Assembly: GCF_048593235.1 (NCBI RefSeq)
Contig: NC_133619.1
Location: forward strand, 647,444,558-647,508,557
Reading direction: 5' to 3'
Length of the DNA: 64,000 nt
Source of the DNA: Sminthopsis crassicaudata
Lineage: Eukaryota
Position 1 is the stretch's first letter. Every line of letters starts with the position of its first letter. Of this stretch, positions 1 to 12,048 are shown one piece after another. Both the position numbers and the translations under genes were made by a program. Below the pieces are notes generated by a model that did not search any database, was not told the DNA's origin, and saw only the letters and a list, made by a program, of their open reading frames with translations.

Positions 1-1223
1 GGAGGCAGTGGCTTCCGATCCCAAGGCCTGCAGGGATCAGAGCCCAGGCTGTCTGGGCCACACAGCGCAGGTTCTGTGATCTCAGCTGGGCCCACGTGCG
101 CCCAGGCCCTAGACCTCTCCCTGAATGCCTCCCTCTCCCATTCCCCACAGCAGCTTTTCCAAACCTCTTGATTGCTCCCCAGTTCTCTCCCTAGGATGGC
201 TGCCTCCAGGAGTCTCGGCATTTTAGTTATAAAGGACCCTCTGAAAGCTCTGAACCTTCACCTCCCAGAAATCAGATGTCTCCTTTTGGTGCTTTGCCCC
301 AGGCCACTCCGAGCAGAAATCCTCCCAGGCTATCCCACCTCCTGGTCTAGCCCAGTGTCTTCCAGAGCTTCCATCCCTCTTCCTACCTGTTCCTTCCCTA
401 AACCAAAGGCCGCATCCCCACCCCTGGAAAACCCTCAGGAGGGCTGGCCTGGGTTCTGCCCTCTCTGCGGGCCTCAGTGGCCATCTACACCTGGGTTTCA
501 GTCTCCTTCCGGCTTCCTCCCCTCGAAACTCAGCATCCAGGCTCCATGTTCACTGCCCAAAGGAAAGGGCTCTCTGAAGTGGCCCGGGGTCTCTCCAATG
601 CCAAGTCCAGGGGGTCTCCCTCCATGCTGCAACCTCGGACACCGTCTGCCTTCCCTCTCGAGCTCTTGGTGATGATCCCTGGGGCTGGCTCCCCACCATA
701 AGAGCCCGTTCCTCCCCCACATCCCCATCTTCCTCATCCATCTCACCCCAAACACCCCTACCCAAGCGCCATAACCGCCACACCCTCACATCCACCATGG
801 CTGACATTACACAAAGTCCTTGCAGACATCCCCTCGCCCGCCGACATGGCCACTTCCCGGATCGGCCACAGTCACCTCCCGCCAGAGGGACGGCCAGAGC
901 TGTCTTGGTCCTGTGGCTCCTCCTGTCCCGTCTGGCCCCCCAGCTGCCAAATTCATCTCCCTGAATGCATGTCCCTCTGGTCACTGCCCGCTTCACAGAC
1001 TCCCTCCCATCACTGGAGTCCAAGACTGGCTAAGGCCCCTCTCCCACTCCCCAGTCTCCCCCTCCACATGAGCACTAACAGCTGGGACGGGCCCCCCCTC
1101 GCTCCCTGACCAGGACACTCCTGTATGCTCCAGCCGCCCTTCCACTCGAGGTCCCAGTGAAAGCTCTCTTCCTACAAGGGGTCCTCTCCAGGCCTCCTTC
1201 GCCTCAGAGCCTCCCTCTCTGGA

Positions 1224-1962
1224 TTATCCTGGCCATGGTGGGTGCTTTCCCCACTGAGCTGTGAAGTCCTGAGAACGGGACAGCTGCCCAGCCTGCCTTC
1301 GTATGGGAGCGGGGCTGCTGCCCAGCCTGTCTTCATATTCCTGGGGTCTGGAACACAGCTGGTGCTTAATAATCAGCCTATAGAACAGCCTCAGCCCCAT
1401 GTGGACGCTCTCAGCAAAGTCCCAGGACCCAGGGTCAGGGTCCTGGGAGGAGCTGCGGGCCAAGGTGTCCACCGCCTCTGCCGCATTCTAGACCAGGAAG
1501 CTCAGAGAGTCAGCGACTCCCCAAGGGGCCGCTGCCCAGAAGTCGGATCTCTCTCTGGGGCGAGCTGTGGTCCTCCCCCATCTACCAGCAGCTCACTCAC
1601 CTGGACCAGAGCTCCTTCGGCCTCCCTGCGCTGGCCCTCCCGCCGCTCTCCCAGGCTGAAGAGGGGACATCAGATCTTCTCTGAGAACTGGAAGCCCTGG
1701 GAAAAAGGAGTAAGGGAGGGATGAGGATGGAGGGAAAGGGCACTCCAAGGACGCCAATCCCCTGCTGGGATATGGGGGCACAGACCCTGCCACCATAGGG
1801 AACCAGAAGATTCCACTTTTTTCACCTGTCCCAGAAGGCCAGCACATGGCATAGCTTCTGCTCTCTGGAAATTAGAGGCAGCTCTCGCTGCAGGGGTTGG
1901 AGCCAGAAAGGGGCCTCCCCCCGGGAAGGGGCAGTGAAGTCCGCCTGCCTCAGCGTTGCCAT
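1224..1962 (-). CDS. Hypothetical 3-exon ORF (151 aa) nested in gene A intron: exons 1962-1826, 1655-1601, 1487-1224
   Basis: ATG in gagATGg context. GT-AG boundaries: gacag|gtgaaa, tcccctcttcag|, ccag|gtgagt, cttcctggtctag|. Phases join 2->2 and 0->0 without stops. Family not recognised. Confidence 0.35.
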
Positions 1963-2319
1963 CTCAGAAATGGGATCATCAGAGCACCAAAACAGCAAGC
2001 AATGGGGAGGATCTCTAAAAGGCCCTAGGACCAGCCTGGACCCAGAGCAGGCAGACACAAGTGCTCGCTCTTTCCCCTGCTGTCTCACTGGGCTGGATTT
2101 GAGAGAAATGAGGAAGAGGAAGGATAAACTTGCTCTTCCAGGCAGCATTAGGAGCCCTGAGCTCCAGCCTGCTGCCCGTGACCCAGAAGAATTCTCTGAA
2201 GACCAGAAGGAGGAAGGAGCCGCCGAGGAAGGAGGAGGAAGCAGACGGGTATCCCTGCCCATCTTCAAGGAAAAGCACTTTTCAGAGATTTTCTAGGAAA
2301 AAAATCAGCTCCAACAGAG

Positions 2320-2500
2320 TGTACACTAAGTATAGCGTATGGGGCACAACTCCATAGGGGTCCTGTAACTGAATATGGAGTTGTGAAATTATGACTTATT
2401 AATAGTAAATGTTTGATTTATGAACTTACATGCCCAGGGTCGCAAAAAAATTTCTTGGGCAAAAAGGAATTGCAAATGGAAAAAATATTTAACGTCCTGC
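2320..2500. mobile_element. Short hAT/Charlie-like MITE remnant (same position as 39748-39927 in paralog B)
   Basis: Inverted match to 39748-39927 and similarity to the longer TSD-flanked element at 52630-52940. Confidence 0.5.
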
Positions 2501-2746
2501 TCTAGTTAATCTCTGAGATTCTATAAGACTGGTTTAAGTTTTGAACTAGGTAAAATAAGAGAGAAATAATTTCAGGAGCTACATAAGCAAATCCCAACTT
2601 TCCATCACAAAATCCAGAGACCTTTTATTTAAAAAACAACAACAACAACAAAAAACAAAAAACAAACAAAAAAAAAGAAAAGCAGGCAGCAGGACCACCC
2701 TGTGGAGACCCCAGCCTTTGGAGTAATTGATATTGATAAAGGTTCA

Positions 2747-2938
<192 letters not shown>

Positions 2939-4114
2939 CTAAACCACCAAAAGTCACTTAATTTAGAGCTGAGAGACTCCAGAATTCATCTAGTCCAGCT
3001 CTCACCAACTTAGAGGGGAAAACCGAAGTGCAGAAGTATCTGCCCCAAACTTCTAGCACCTTTACGAACCCCAAAACCAACAGGTGAAAGCAGTCATGAA
3101 GAGCCCATGGGAATGCTGGGAAAAGCATTTTATATCTGAGGTGATGATAATCACACGGGGAGCTGGAGAAACGTCTGTCTATGAAATGCTTCTCCCTATG
3201 GTAGGAGGGAGAAGAAAGACTGTGTATTGTGGGGAAGGAACACCACCGGTGATCACTGAAGAGAGTTAGGAAAGAAAAAGGAATGACCCGATGAATTTCT
3301 GAAAAGGCTGAAATAAATTCTTACCTAGATGAAAGCATGAAAAGAATTCTCAAGAGATCTCGCTCACCATCAACGGTATGGTTCTGTCTCCACTCAAGTA
3401 AAGGAAGATTGATAGTGAGGGATTGGGATGATGTTATAGCTCACTGGCTTGATGATTATTTTCCCTTGATAATGAAATATATCCATGAAGTCTAATATTT
3501 ATAAAAAAAGGAAGAGCCACTTTAATGGGGAAAGGAGAGTTCCTCCATTTATGAAGAAAAATGTACTATTAATTGACTTCAGAGATTGAGCTGATCCAAA
3601 AAAGAGATACTGACACAAGCTAATCCATAAAACAGATATTGGTATTTTATTAACAAAAATTGTAACATCTAAACACATCCCTAAAACCAAAGGGCATTGG
3701 GGATCAAAGGTCAAGAGAATAGTAGAAGCAGGATATCAATAAAAATAAAGTTTTTTAAAGGAAAAAAGTCAAGAGAATGAGTTAAGAGGCAAATGAACGA
3801 ATGACATACAAGAGTGGCCAGATCTGCAAATACCCCAATACTTAGGCAGGTTCATCTCTTTGCCAACCTGCTACCCGGAGAACTTGTTTTGGCCAATGCC
3901 CTTGGCATCTGATGCTCTTCCATTTCATTTTTTTCCATTTCTAATAAAATATGATTCCCTTTTTCAAACATTCTATTATTTCATGTGGATAAAAATGTTC
4001 ACATTTTCATCATTTGGGTGGCGCCTTAAAACATCTTATTAACATACTATTTATAATCTAAATTTCACTCTTCTTTTACTGCTATTAGGAATTTCTAAAC
4101 AACTGAAGAGCTTA

Positions 4115-4962
4115 CTATTATTTTCCTACTTTTTGAGATTCTCAAGAAATTAAAGAACTTTCTTTTCCACTCATTTTCTGAGTCACGATTCTTCACAGCA
4201 TTATATTTACTCAATGTGAGCAATATCTGCAAGAAGGCTGATCTTTTATTGATAATTAATCTTATTTTCCTACTTTTTGAGATTCTCAAGAAATTAAAGA
4301 ACTTTCCTTTCCACTCATTTTCTGAGTCACCATTCTTCATAGCATTATATTTACTCAATGTGAGCAATATCTGTAAGAAGGCTGATCTTTTACTGATAAT
4401 CTTATTTTTCTACTTTTTGAGATTCTCAAGAAATTAAAGAACTTTCTTTTCCACTCATTTTCTGAGTCACGATTCTTCATAGCATTATATTTACTCAATG
4501 TGAGCAATATCTGCAAGAAGGCTGATCTTTTATTGATAATTAATCTTATTTTCCTACTTTTTGAGATTCTCAAGAAATTAAAGAACTTTCCTTTCCACTC
4601 ATTTTCTGAGTCACCATTCTTCATTGCATTAAAATTTACTCAATGTGAGCAATATCTGTAAGAAGGCTGATCTTTTACTGATAGTCTTATTTTTCTACTT
4701 TTTGAGATTCTCAAGAAGTTAAAGAACTTTCCTTTTCACTCATTTTCTGAGTCACGATTCTTCATTGCATTAAATTTACTCAATGTGAGCAATATCTGTA
4801 AGAAGGCTGATCTTTTACTGATAGTCTTATTTTTCTACTTTTTGAGATTCTCAAGAAGTTAAAGAACTTTCCTTTTCACTCATTTTCTGAGTCACGATTC
4901 TTCATTGCATTAAATTTACTCAATGTGAGCAATGTCTGTAAGAAGATAGATCTTTTACTGAT
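4115..4962. repeat. AT-rich tandem array, 6 units of 140-144 bp
   Basis: gagattctcaag recurs at 4135, 4279, 4419, 4563, 4704, 4844. Confidence 0.95.
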
Positions 4963-6757
4963 AACTAATTTATAACTGAAACCCTAATTTGCTCAGAAGA
5001 GACCTCTAGCAAACCTTTCCTTCTCCATCATCCCACCTACTTCATTCTCTACCAAGGTCATGTACTGGACAGTTCAGCTCAAATACCTGATTTCTCACCT
5101 GACCTCTTGCTAAGGTGGGATTTCTCCTGGAAGCTTATCCCTGGGATAATCTCATCAGCATGTAACACCTCCTCAGCCTTGCTAATCCACCTCATCCCTA
5201 CCTCTGCCTCTCTGGTGAGACTATAGACTAACACCTGCAAATCTCCACTGACAGTGAGGGCTCAGGTCACACATCTCCCCTTTTCTCATCTGGATGCACT
5301 ATGTCAGAATTCTGACATCTCCACTATATCCCAGTGTCTGCATCTCCTTTTCAGCTTCCCTTTGGTCTGTTTTCCCCTTAAAAAGTGTAAGCTTCTTGAG
5401 GCCTGGACAATACTTTTTTTGGGTAATTGAAATCCCACACCTTACCACAGTGGCTAGTACACAGTAGGTGCATAATAAGTACTTATCGACTACTGACTGA
5501 ATTTTGCTATTTCTTTTGCTGTAGAAGCCCACCAAGACTGGACAACCCCTACTTTTCAACCTTCATATGTCTGACTTTCTACCACTTTCTCTTTCATCAG
5601 GCCTCCTTGATATACCAGGAGAAAGATGATCAATCCATCTCCAGGCTCTGGAGATTTTCTCTGGCTCTCCAAAAGGGCTATTTTGGCCTCCTGAGTTCCT
5701 TCAAGTCTTAACTAAAATCTCACCTCGTCTAGGAAACCCCTTCATTCTGCCGCTGCCTTCCTTCTTTAATCACATCTTATTAATCTGTTGCTAGCTTATT
5801 TGTTTGTAACCTCCCCCCATTAAATTGTGAGTTCCCTGAGAGCAGACACTGCAGTTTCACATTTCCATCCTTTTGGTTTCTTCCTGAAAACATTTTATTT
5901 GTGTACTACTTGGAATCCAAATTTCACTTAGTTTCCTTTCCTATTACTGAATTTCTGAACACTTGAACTACTATTTTCCGACTTTTCGAGATTCCCAAGA
6001 ATTTAAAGAATTTTCCTTTTCACTTATTTCCTAAGTCATTCATTTGCATTATAGTCACTCTTTCAGCATGCCCACCACTAGGCACAGAGCCTGGTACACA
6101 GGAGGCACTATCTAAATGCATACTGGGTAACTCCTTACATTCTCTCCTTCTCAAAAGCTCTTCATGTCACCTTACTGGGGGCTTCCTTCCTCCATTCTCT
6201 AAGAAAGTGGGAGCTCTGTCTTTGCAAATGCCAACCACCTACAAGGGCATCTGATGCCCTCATCCTGTGCTGTCTCCCCAGTAGTGGGCATCCTCAATCA
6301 CCTCTACCACTTTTCCCTCTTCTCAAATTTTCTACCTTTCTCTATCAACTAGTTCTGTTCCTACTGATTCAAACATATGTCTGCCCCATTCTTAAGGAAA
6401 CCTTCCCTAAATTCTCACGACCCACTCAGCTACCATTCTATCTCACTTCCTTGTCTTATCCAAACTCCTTGAAAAATCTGTCTGAATTTTCTATTGCCCT
6501 CTCACAATCACTTCTTAGTCCTTATAAAGTGGCTTTTCCTCACTCTCCTGAAAGTGTTCTCTCGTTTTCTGGCTACTTGTCTCCTCTATTAGAATGTAAG
6601 CTTTTCAGAGGAGGGATTATTCCATTATCTGTAGTTTTTTCTCCTCACAACTGATACAGTGCTGGGCATAGAACAGCCCTATTCAGACAAGACTCATGGG
6701 AAGGGGTTTTCCTCGACCTGTAGTTGCTACAGGGGAGAGCCTGGCCACAAGAAATGA

Positions 6758-6958
6758 NNNNNNNNNNNNNNNNNNNNNNNNNNNNNNNNNNNNNNNNNNN
6801 NNNNNNNNNNNNNNNNNNNNNNNNNNNNNNNNNNNNNNNNNNNNNNNNNNNNNNNNNNNNNNNNNNNNNNNNNNNNNNNNNNNNNNNNNNNNNNNNNNNN
6901 NNNNNNNNNNNNNNNNNNNNNNNNNNNNNNNNNNNNNNNNNNNNNNNNNNNNNNNNNN
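6758..6958. other. Assembly gap
   Basis: Run of N. Confidence 1.
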
Positions 6959-7306
6959 ACTGGGTATGCAGAGACAGGGGGGTGACTGGCATGCAAGAAG
7001 AGCCAAGACAGGATGTCCATGGACAGGGACTAACAAGTTTTCCCTTTCCCTCATAATGAGGATCCACAAATATATAGAGAGGGCAGCAATGGAGGAGCAA
7101 GGAGAGGAGTCAGGGCTCAAGGTAAAAAGGTGACGCTGATATATTTCAAACACAGAAGACAGAGGGAAAGTGTGGCTACTGCTCAATTTCACGTGAAGGT
7201 TACACAGAAACAAGCCAGAGATGGCGGCTCATAGGCCATCCTCCACATCAATGGAGATGGCCACACTGGCGAATGCTGATCAGGACTGGGGATGGATGGC
7301 ACTCAC

Positions 7307-7339
7307 CTGAGCCAGGGCTCTCTGGGTCCCAGGGGCCAT
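7307..7339 (-). CDS. Start-codon exon of KZFP gene A (MAPGTQRALAQ); exon probably 7447-7307
   Basis: ATG...cag|gtgagt, 33 nt, phase 0 matching the KRAB-A exon. Paralogous to 35265-35297. Confidence 0.85.
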
Positions 7340-7792
7340 GTCCTCTGGTTCTGGGCTCCCTGCTTGGGCCAGGCCTTAGTCTGCTGCAAACTGGGTGGAG
7401 GAAGGACAAGGATGATGTCTTCCCCTTCTTCCTAGACAGGAGTCTGGCTACAGGGATTTAGAGAGAACAGAGCCTCAGAGGAGCTACCAGGCACTTGTAG
7501 GGACACAGTCCGATCAAAAACGGAGGGCAGCAGGGAGGGTCAGACCCGAGCAAGTTCTCCCATGAAGATGACTTTCCCCTCCCTCATTCCTTCTCGTCCA
7601 GCCCATTAAGCCCCAGAAACCCAAGAGACAGAAGGGAGCTGAGATGGAAGAGACCAGGCAGAATGACTCCTGACCCAGAGCTCTCCCTGCAGCTGACGCC
7701 ATGGCAGCTCAGTGATAATGGGGGGTGGGGGGATGTAGCATCCCAGAACCAGTGAGGCATGTCAAGGAGCATGGACAGATATCAGGGTCAGG

Positions 7793-7962
7793 TGTTAGGA
7801 TTACTAGGTGAGAACTCAGGTTGTCTGGACAATTACAAGGTGAGAACTCAGGTTGACTTGACAGTTCTCTGGCTCAGACCTGTAAAGGGAGTTTACACCT
7901 TAGGAATCCTAGAAGGAGCAAGCTCATTGGTTGAAGTGGTTCTTCCCAGAAGCCCTTGAAGC
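7793..7962 (+). mobile_element. Partial LTR related to the solo LTR at 11295-11663
   Basis: Starts tgttagg and shares aggagcaagytcattggttgaagt..ttcttcccagaagcccttg. Confidence 0.65.
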
Positions 7963-8082
7963 AGAAAAATTTTGGAATACAAGGTTTTGCAAGGACTCTG
8001 CTCCTCCCCCACGCCTCACTTGCAGTTCCCATCCTCCCTTGTCTTTACCTCCTATTCAAGTCACCACTAAAATTCCACTTTC

Positions 8083-8478
8083 TGTGGATATCTTCAACAT
8101 AAAGAAGATCCAACTCACTTCCAGTTGATCAATGATGGACAGAAACAACTACACCCAGAGAAGGAACACTGGGAAGTGAATGTAAGTTGTTAGCACTACT
8201 GTCTATCTACCCAGGTTACTTATACCTTCGGAAGCTAATACTTAACGTGCAACAAGAAAATTGGATTTACACACATATATTGTAATACATGTAAAATGTA
8301 TGGGATTGCCTGTCATCTAGGGGAGGGAGGAGAGGGAGGGAGGGGAAAATCTGGAAAAATGAATACAAGGGATAATGTTATAAAAAAATTACTCATGCAT
8401 ATATACTGTCAAAAAATGTATAATTATAAAATTAATAAATAAAATAAAATAAAATAACATAGCTGGACTAGTTAAAAA
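8083..8478 (+). mobile_element. 5'-truncated L1 (3' UTR) insertion
   Basis: Matches the 3' ends of the L1 copies at 10163-10546 and 25620-26150. A-rich tail. 14-bp TSD aaaattccactttc at 8069-8082 and 8479-8492. Confidence 0.9.
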
Positions 8479-8559
8479 AAAATTCCACTTTCCTCAAGAA
8501 ACCTTTCTTGGTCTACCTTCTCTTTGACTTCCCGAGATCTATGCTATGCGTATCTTATA

Positions 8560-8770
8560 TGGTAGAAACAAATATTTATTAAGGGCCTACTATGTGCCAG
8601 GCAGAAGTGCTTTACAAATATTATTTCATCTTATCCTAACAATAATTCTCGTCATGTAGGTCCTCCTACCTCCATTTTACAGTTGAGCCTGAGCCCAACT
8701 CTCTAGGAAGTATCTGAGATTTGAACTCAGGCATTCCTGCCTCCAGGCCCAAAACTCTGCCCACTGGACA
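8560..8770 (-). mobile_element. MIR-type CORE-SINE
   Basis: tttattaagggcctactatgtgccagg...ccattttacag...atttgaactcagg. Confidence 0.65.
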
Positions 8771-9114
8771 TATGAGCTTTTGACTGTGTGCAGAAATATA
8801 TCTATGTATGTAATTGTTAGCAAGTTTTCTCCTGTTTTCCTTTCACATTCTTGGAACCCAAGACCCTATGATTTGCTTGGACCACACCAGATGCTTACTA
8901 AAAACTTGTTGCCTTAATGACTTGATTAAACCCAATAGAAAGAGTGCTCCCTAAAAGGAGGATCTGTTTACCCCCAACACTTGCCACAGTGCCTAGTACA
9001 TAGTCAATATTTGCCACCAGTGAGTTCCTAAATCATGGGCATTGGAACCCTCCTCCTATTTTTGGCATTTCAAGATGTGATACCATTAAGCGTATTCATG
9101 GAAGAGGTCCCATT

Positions 9115-9412
9115 TTGAATCAAGATCAGGGTCAATTGAGAACGAGTTGGTTCAAACATAGAAGTGGATGCAGCAAAATAACAGTATAAATATGTATATA
9201 AATATATTATATATTTAATATTACATTTATTTATATATATTAAATATATTATATTTAACATATACTTTAACATATTTAACATAGTATTGGACTACTGCCA
9301 TCTAGGGGAGGGGGTAGAAGGAGGGAAAAAGTTGGAACAGAAGTTTTTGCAAGGGTCAATGTTGAAAAATTACCTATGCATATGTTTTGTCAATAAAAAC
9401 TATAATGAAAAA
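9115..9412 (+). mobile_element. L1 3' UTR fragment of another subfamily, with AT-rich expansion
   Basis: ccatctaggggagggggtagaagg...ttacctatgcatatgttttgtcaataaaaactataat followed by an A tail. Confidence 0.65.
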
Positions 9413-10162
9413 AATTTATAGAAGTAGAATACATCACATTTTATGTGGAATTTTATAATTTTTATAGACTTACTTACTTTTTTCCAGGAAGTTCTTTTCC
9501 AGGTGACAAGATTTTATGACCTCACTCAAAGAAAAGGTCTCAAAGTAGCAGGAAGTACTTCCAAAGAACTTCCAACTTAAGTAGAATTTAAAGGGTCTTT
9601 TGTACTTTTCCCAAATATAAAGTTATTAATATTTTTTTAAGCAAAATGGGGCTAATTGCATACCTAACAGTCTTTAAACATTGTTACCACACTTTCTAAC
9701 AGCTTAATTCATTTCAAAACATTTAGGTCAAAAAAAAAAAAAAAAGTTAATTTCTTAACACTACAATTAGATCAGTTTCTAGAAATTATTTTTCAAATAG
9801 AATTTCTTGTATAAGTTTCTCAAAATCACAGTAAAAGAAAAATTAGGAACATAATTTAAACAATGTTACAGATTTAAAACAAATCTTAATGCTTTGACAA
9901 AACAGATTTGAAATAAAACTTCCTGCCAATCAAATAACATGAGTTAAGCTGAATATACTTCTGAATTATTTTATATAGAAAATTACTTTATCTACTTTTC
10001 AACTTGACACTCTAAAATCAGTATTCAGATATCAGTATAATTTTCTTCCAATGATGTTTTAATTCTGAACCTATTGCCTTAAAGACAAGTTTTAAGTGCA
10101 TTTTACATGAAGGCATGAGAATAAAATGTCACAATTATCCTAAGAGGAGAATAGATGGAATT

Positions 10163-10546
10163 ATATTTTATTTTATTTTATTTAGAATTTTTTTTCCACA
10201 GTATATATGCATGAGCAAATTTTTTTTATAACATTATCCCTTGTATTCATTTTTTCCAAATTATCCCCCTCTCCCTCACTCCCTCCCCCCCCCCATGACA
10301 GGCAATCCCATTCATTTTACATGTGTTACAATATAACCTAGATACAATATATGTGTGTAAATACCATTTTCTTGTTGCACATTAAGTATTAGATTCCAAA
10401 GGTATAAGTAACCTGGGTCGATAGACAATAGTGCTAACAATTTACATTCACTTCCCAGTGTTCCTTCTCTGGGTGTAGTTATTTCTGTCCATCATTGATC
10501 AACTGGAAGTGAGTTGGATCTTCTGTATGTTGAAGATTTCCACTTC
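10163..10546 (-). mobile_element. 5'-truncated L1 (3' UTR) insertion
   Basis: TSD tagatggaatt at 10152-10162 and 10547-10557. Empty site in the paralogous arm at ~33040-33090. Confidence 0.9.
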
Positions 10547-11294
10547 TAGATGGAATTTTAAATGAGACAACACTGTCATTTAATTTAAGACAAATTCAGT
10601 CCCATCAGAACTGGAGTTACAATTCAAATGGTATCATAATAGAATTTCAATTTTCCCAAGGGTCATTTGCTGCCAAGACCTCAAAATGTAAAGCCCATTC
10701 CTTTATGTTAGACTCCTGCCAAAGTTTTATTATGGAAGTCTTTTTATTTAGATGGAAAAATGTTTAAGACCAGAGCAGGATAGAGAGTAGGAGGTGATGG
10801 ACAAGTGAGGGAGGAGTTCCAAAGGATCATTAGCCCTTGGTAATGGCAATGTGAAATTCCTTGTAGAGGAAATCGGTCAACTAGGAGACAACCAAGGCAT
10901 TCCCATAGCCATGGCATCACAATTGATGGGGGGGGACCAGAAATAGCAGCATAGGAAGACAGGGGCCCGAGTTCCCGAGTCTATCAGTAGGGCAAAAGAA
11001 TGATCCCAAGGCTTTAGGCCACAGGTGTCGAGGGTCTCTTGGATCCTGCTTGGCCCACTGAGGCTCCTATAGCCTTTTTTGCTTCCCAGAAGGCCCCAAC
11101 TTCCTATGTAAGCTCTGCTTTGGACTCCTCCTCCTGGCAGACCCCCAGCTGCAAGCAGTTAACTGGGATACTACCATCTAGAAATCCTGTGCTTGCAGGT
11201 CTCAGGTAGGCCTGGGTCAGGCAACAAGAGGTTCCATGGTCTTCTGTACTCTTAGTGACCAGCCTTGGCCCTTGATGCCCTCTTCATGCCCTGC

Positions 11295-11663
11295 TGTTAG
11301 GTTCTTACTAAGTGCTAATGAGATAATGAGATATTAGGTTCTAAGTGCTAAGTCAATACTTGACAATTCTCTAGTTCCGGCCTTTCCTGGGGAAGAGCTT
11401 GCATGCTTAGGAGGAGCAAGTTCATTGGTTGAAGTAATTCTTCCCAGAAGCCCTTGCATTATCCCACGCCCATTCTCTGGGAGGATAAAGAGGGCAGCTC
11501 TGGAGGAAAAAGGGAGTTGTTTCTGGACCAGACTTGAGGCTGCTCTCTGCAGGAAGGGAAGTCGGCTCTCTACAGGAAGAAGAATCTGTCCCAGAGATTT
11601 GAGTTGACACAGCAGATCTCCCAAAGAGCAATCGGCAGCTTCTGGAGACAACAGCACATTACA
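11295..11663 (+). mobile_element. Solo LTR (369 bp, TG...CA); 6-bp TSD suggests class II ERV
   Basis: TSD ccctgc at 11289-11294 and 11664-11669. Absent at the paralogous site ~32330. Confidence 0.85.
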
Positions 11664-11822
11664 CCCTGCTTTCCCCTTTCTTCCACCTTCATGCCCTGCT
11701 TTCTCTTTTCTTTACCCTTCATGCCTTGCTTCCCCTTTTCTTTCTCTTTCATGCCCTGCTTCCCCTTTTCTTTACCCTTCACTCTCTGCTTCCCCCCTTT
11801 CTTCCACCTTCATGCCCTGCTT
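11664..11822. repeat. ~30-bp pyrimidine-rich minisatellite (ttcatgccctgcttccccttttctttaccc)
   Basis: About 5 visible units. A shorter inverted paralog lies at ~32250-32345. Confidence 0.85.
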
Positions 11823-12048
11823 TCTGAGTGGGAAGAGTTCTCAACTAGCACAACCCTTATCACCTGACTGCTGTTTTCTGTCTATCTTTATGTTTCCTAA
11901 TTTCTTCCCTCTTTTAACTCAGGGAACACAATCACATCTTTTACATTCAGATCCCCTAAAAGTAGCCACTGAAGCTTTCATAAAGCAAGTGGATAACCGT
12001 TGTCAAAAGTGAATTTTTGAGAAAATGACTCCATTTGATGCTACAGTG

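Noticed and set aside
1826-1962. SCAN-domain resemblance of the nested ORF (WLQP, REQ, EAVDTL)
   Set aside because: Motif spacing is wrong and SCAN is normally single-exon, so no family was assigned
1934-2296. Antisense ORF with peptide similarity to 40031-40378 (SIRSPELQP / SIKSPELQP)
   Set aside because: Similarity follows from DNA paralogy; the frames diverge on both sides and I see no convincing splice structure
4095-4624. Repeated short ORFs on both strands
   Set aside because: Products of the 140-bp tandem array
4115-4962. CRISPR-like regular repeat
   Set aside because: Units are contiguous with no unique spacers, there are no cas genes, and the context is mammalian. The same applies to the two VNTRs.
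6645-7213. ORFs spanning N runs (also 23713-24009, 51449-51774, 62670-63059)
   Set aside because: Open only because of assembly gaps
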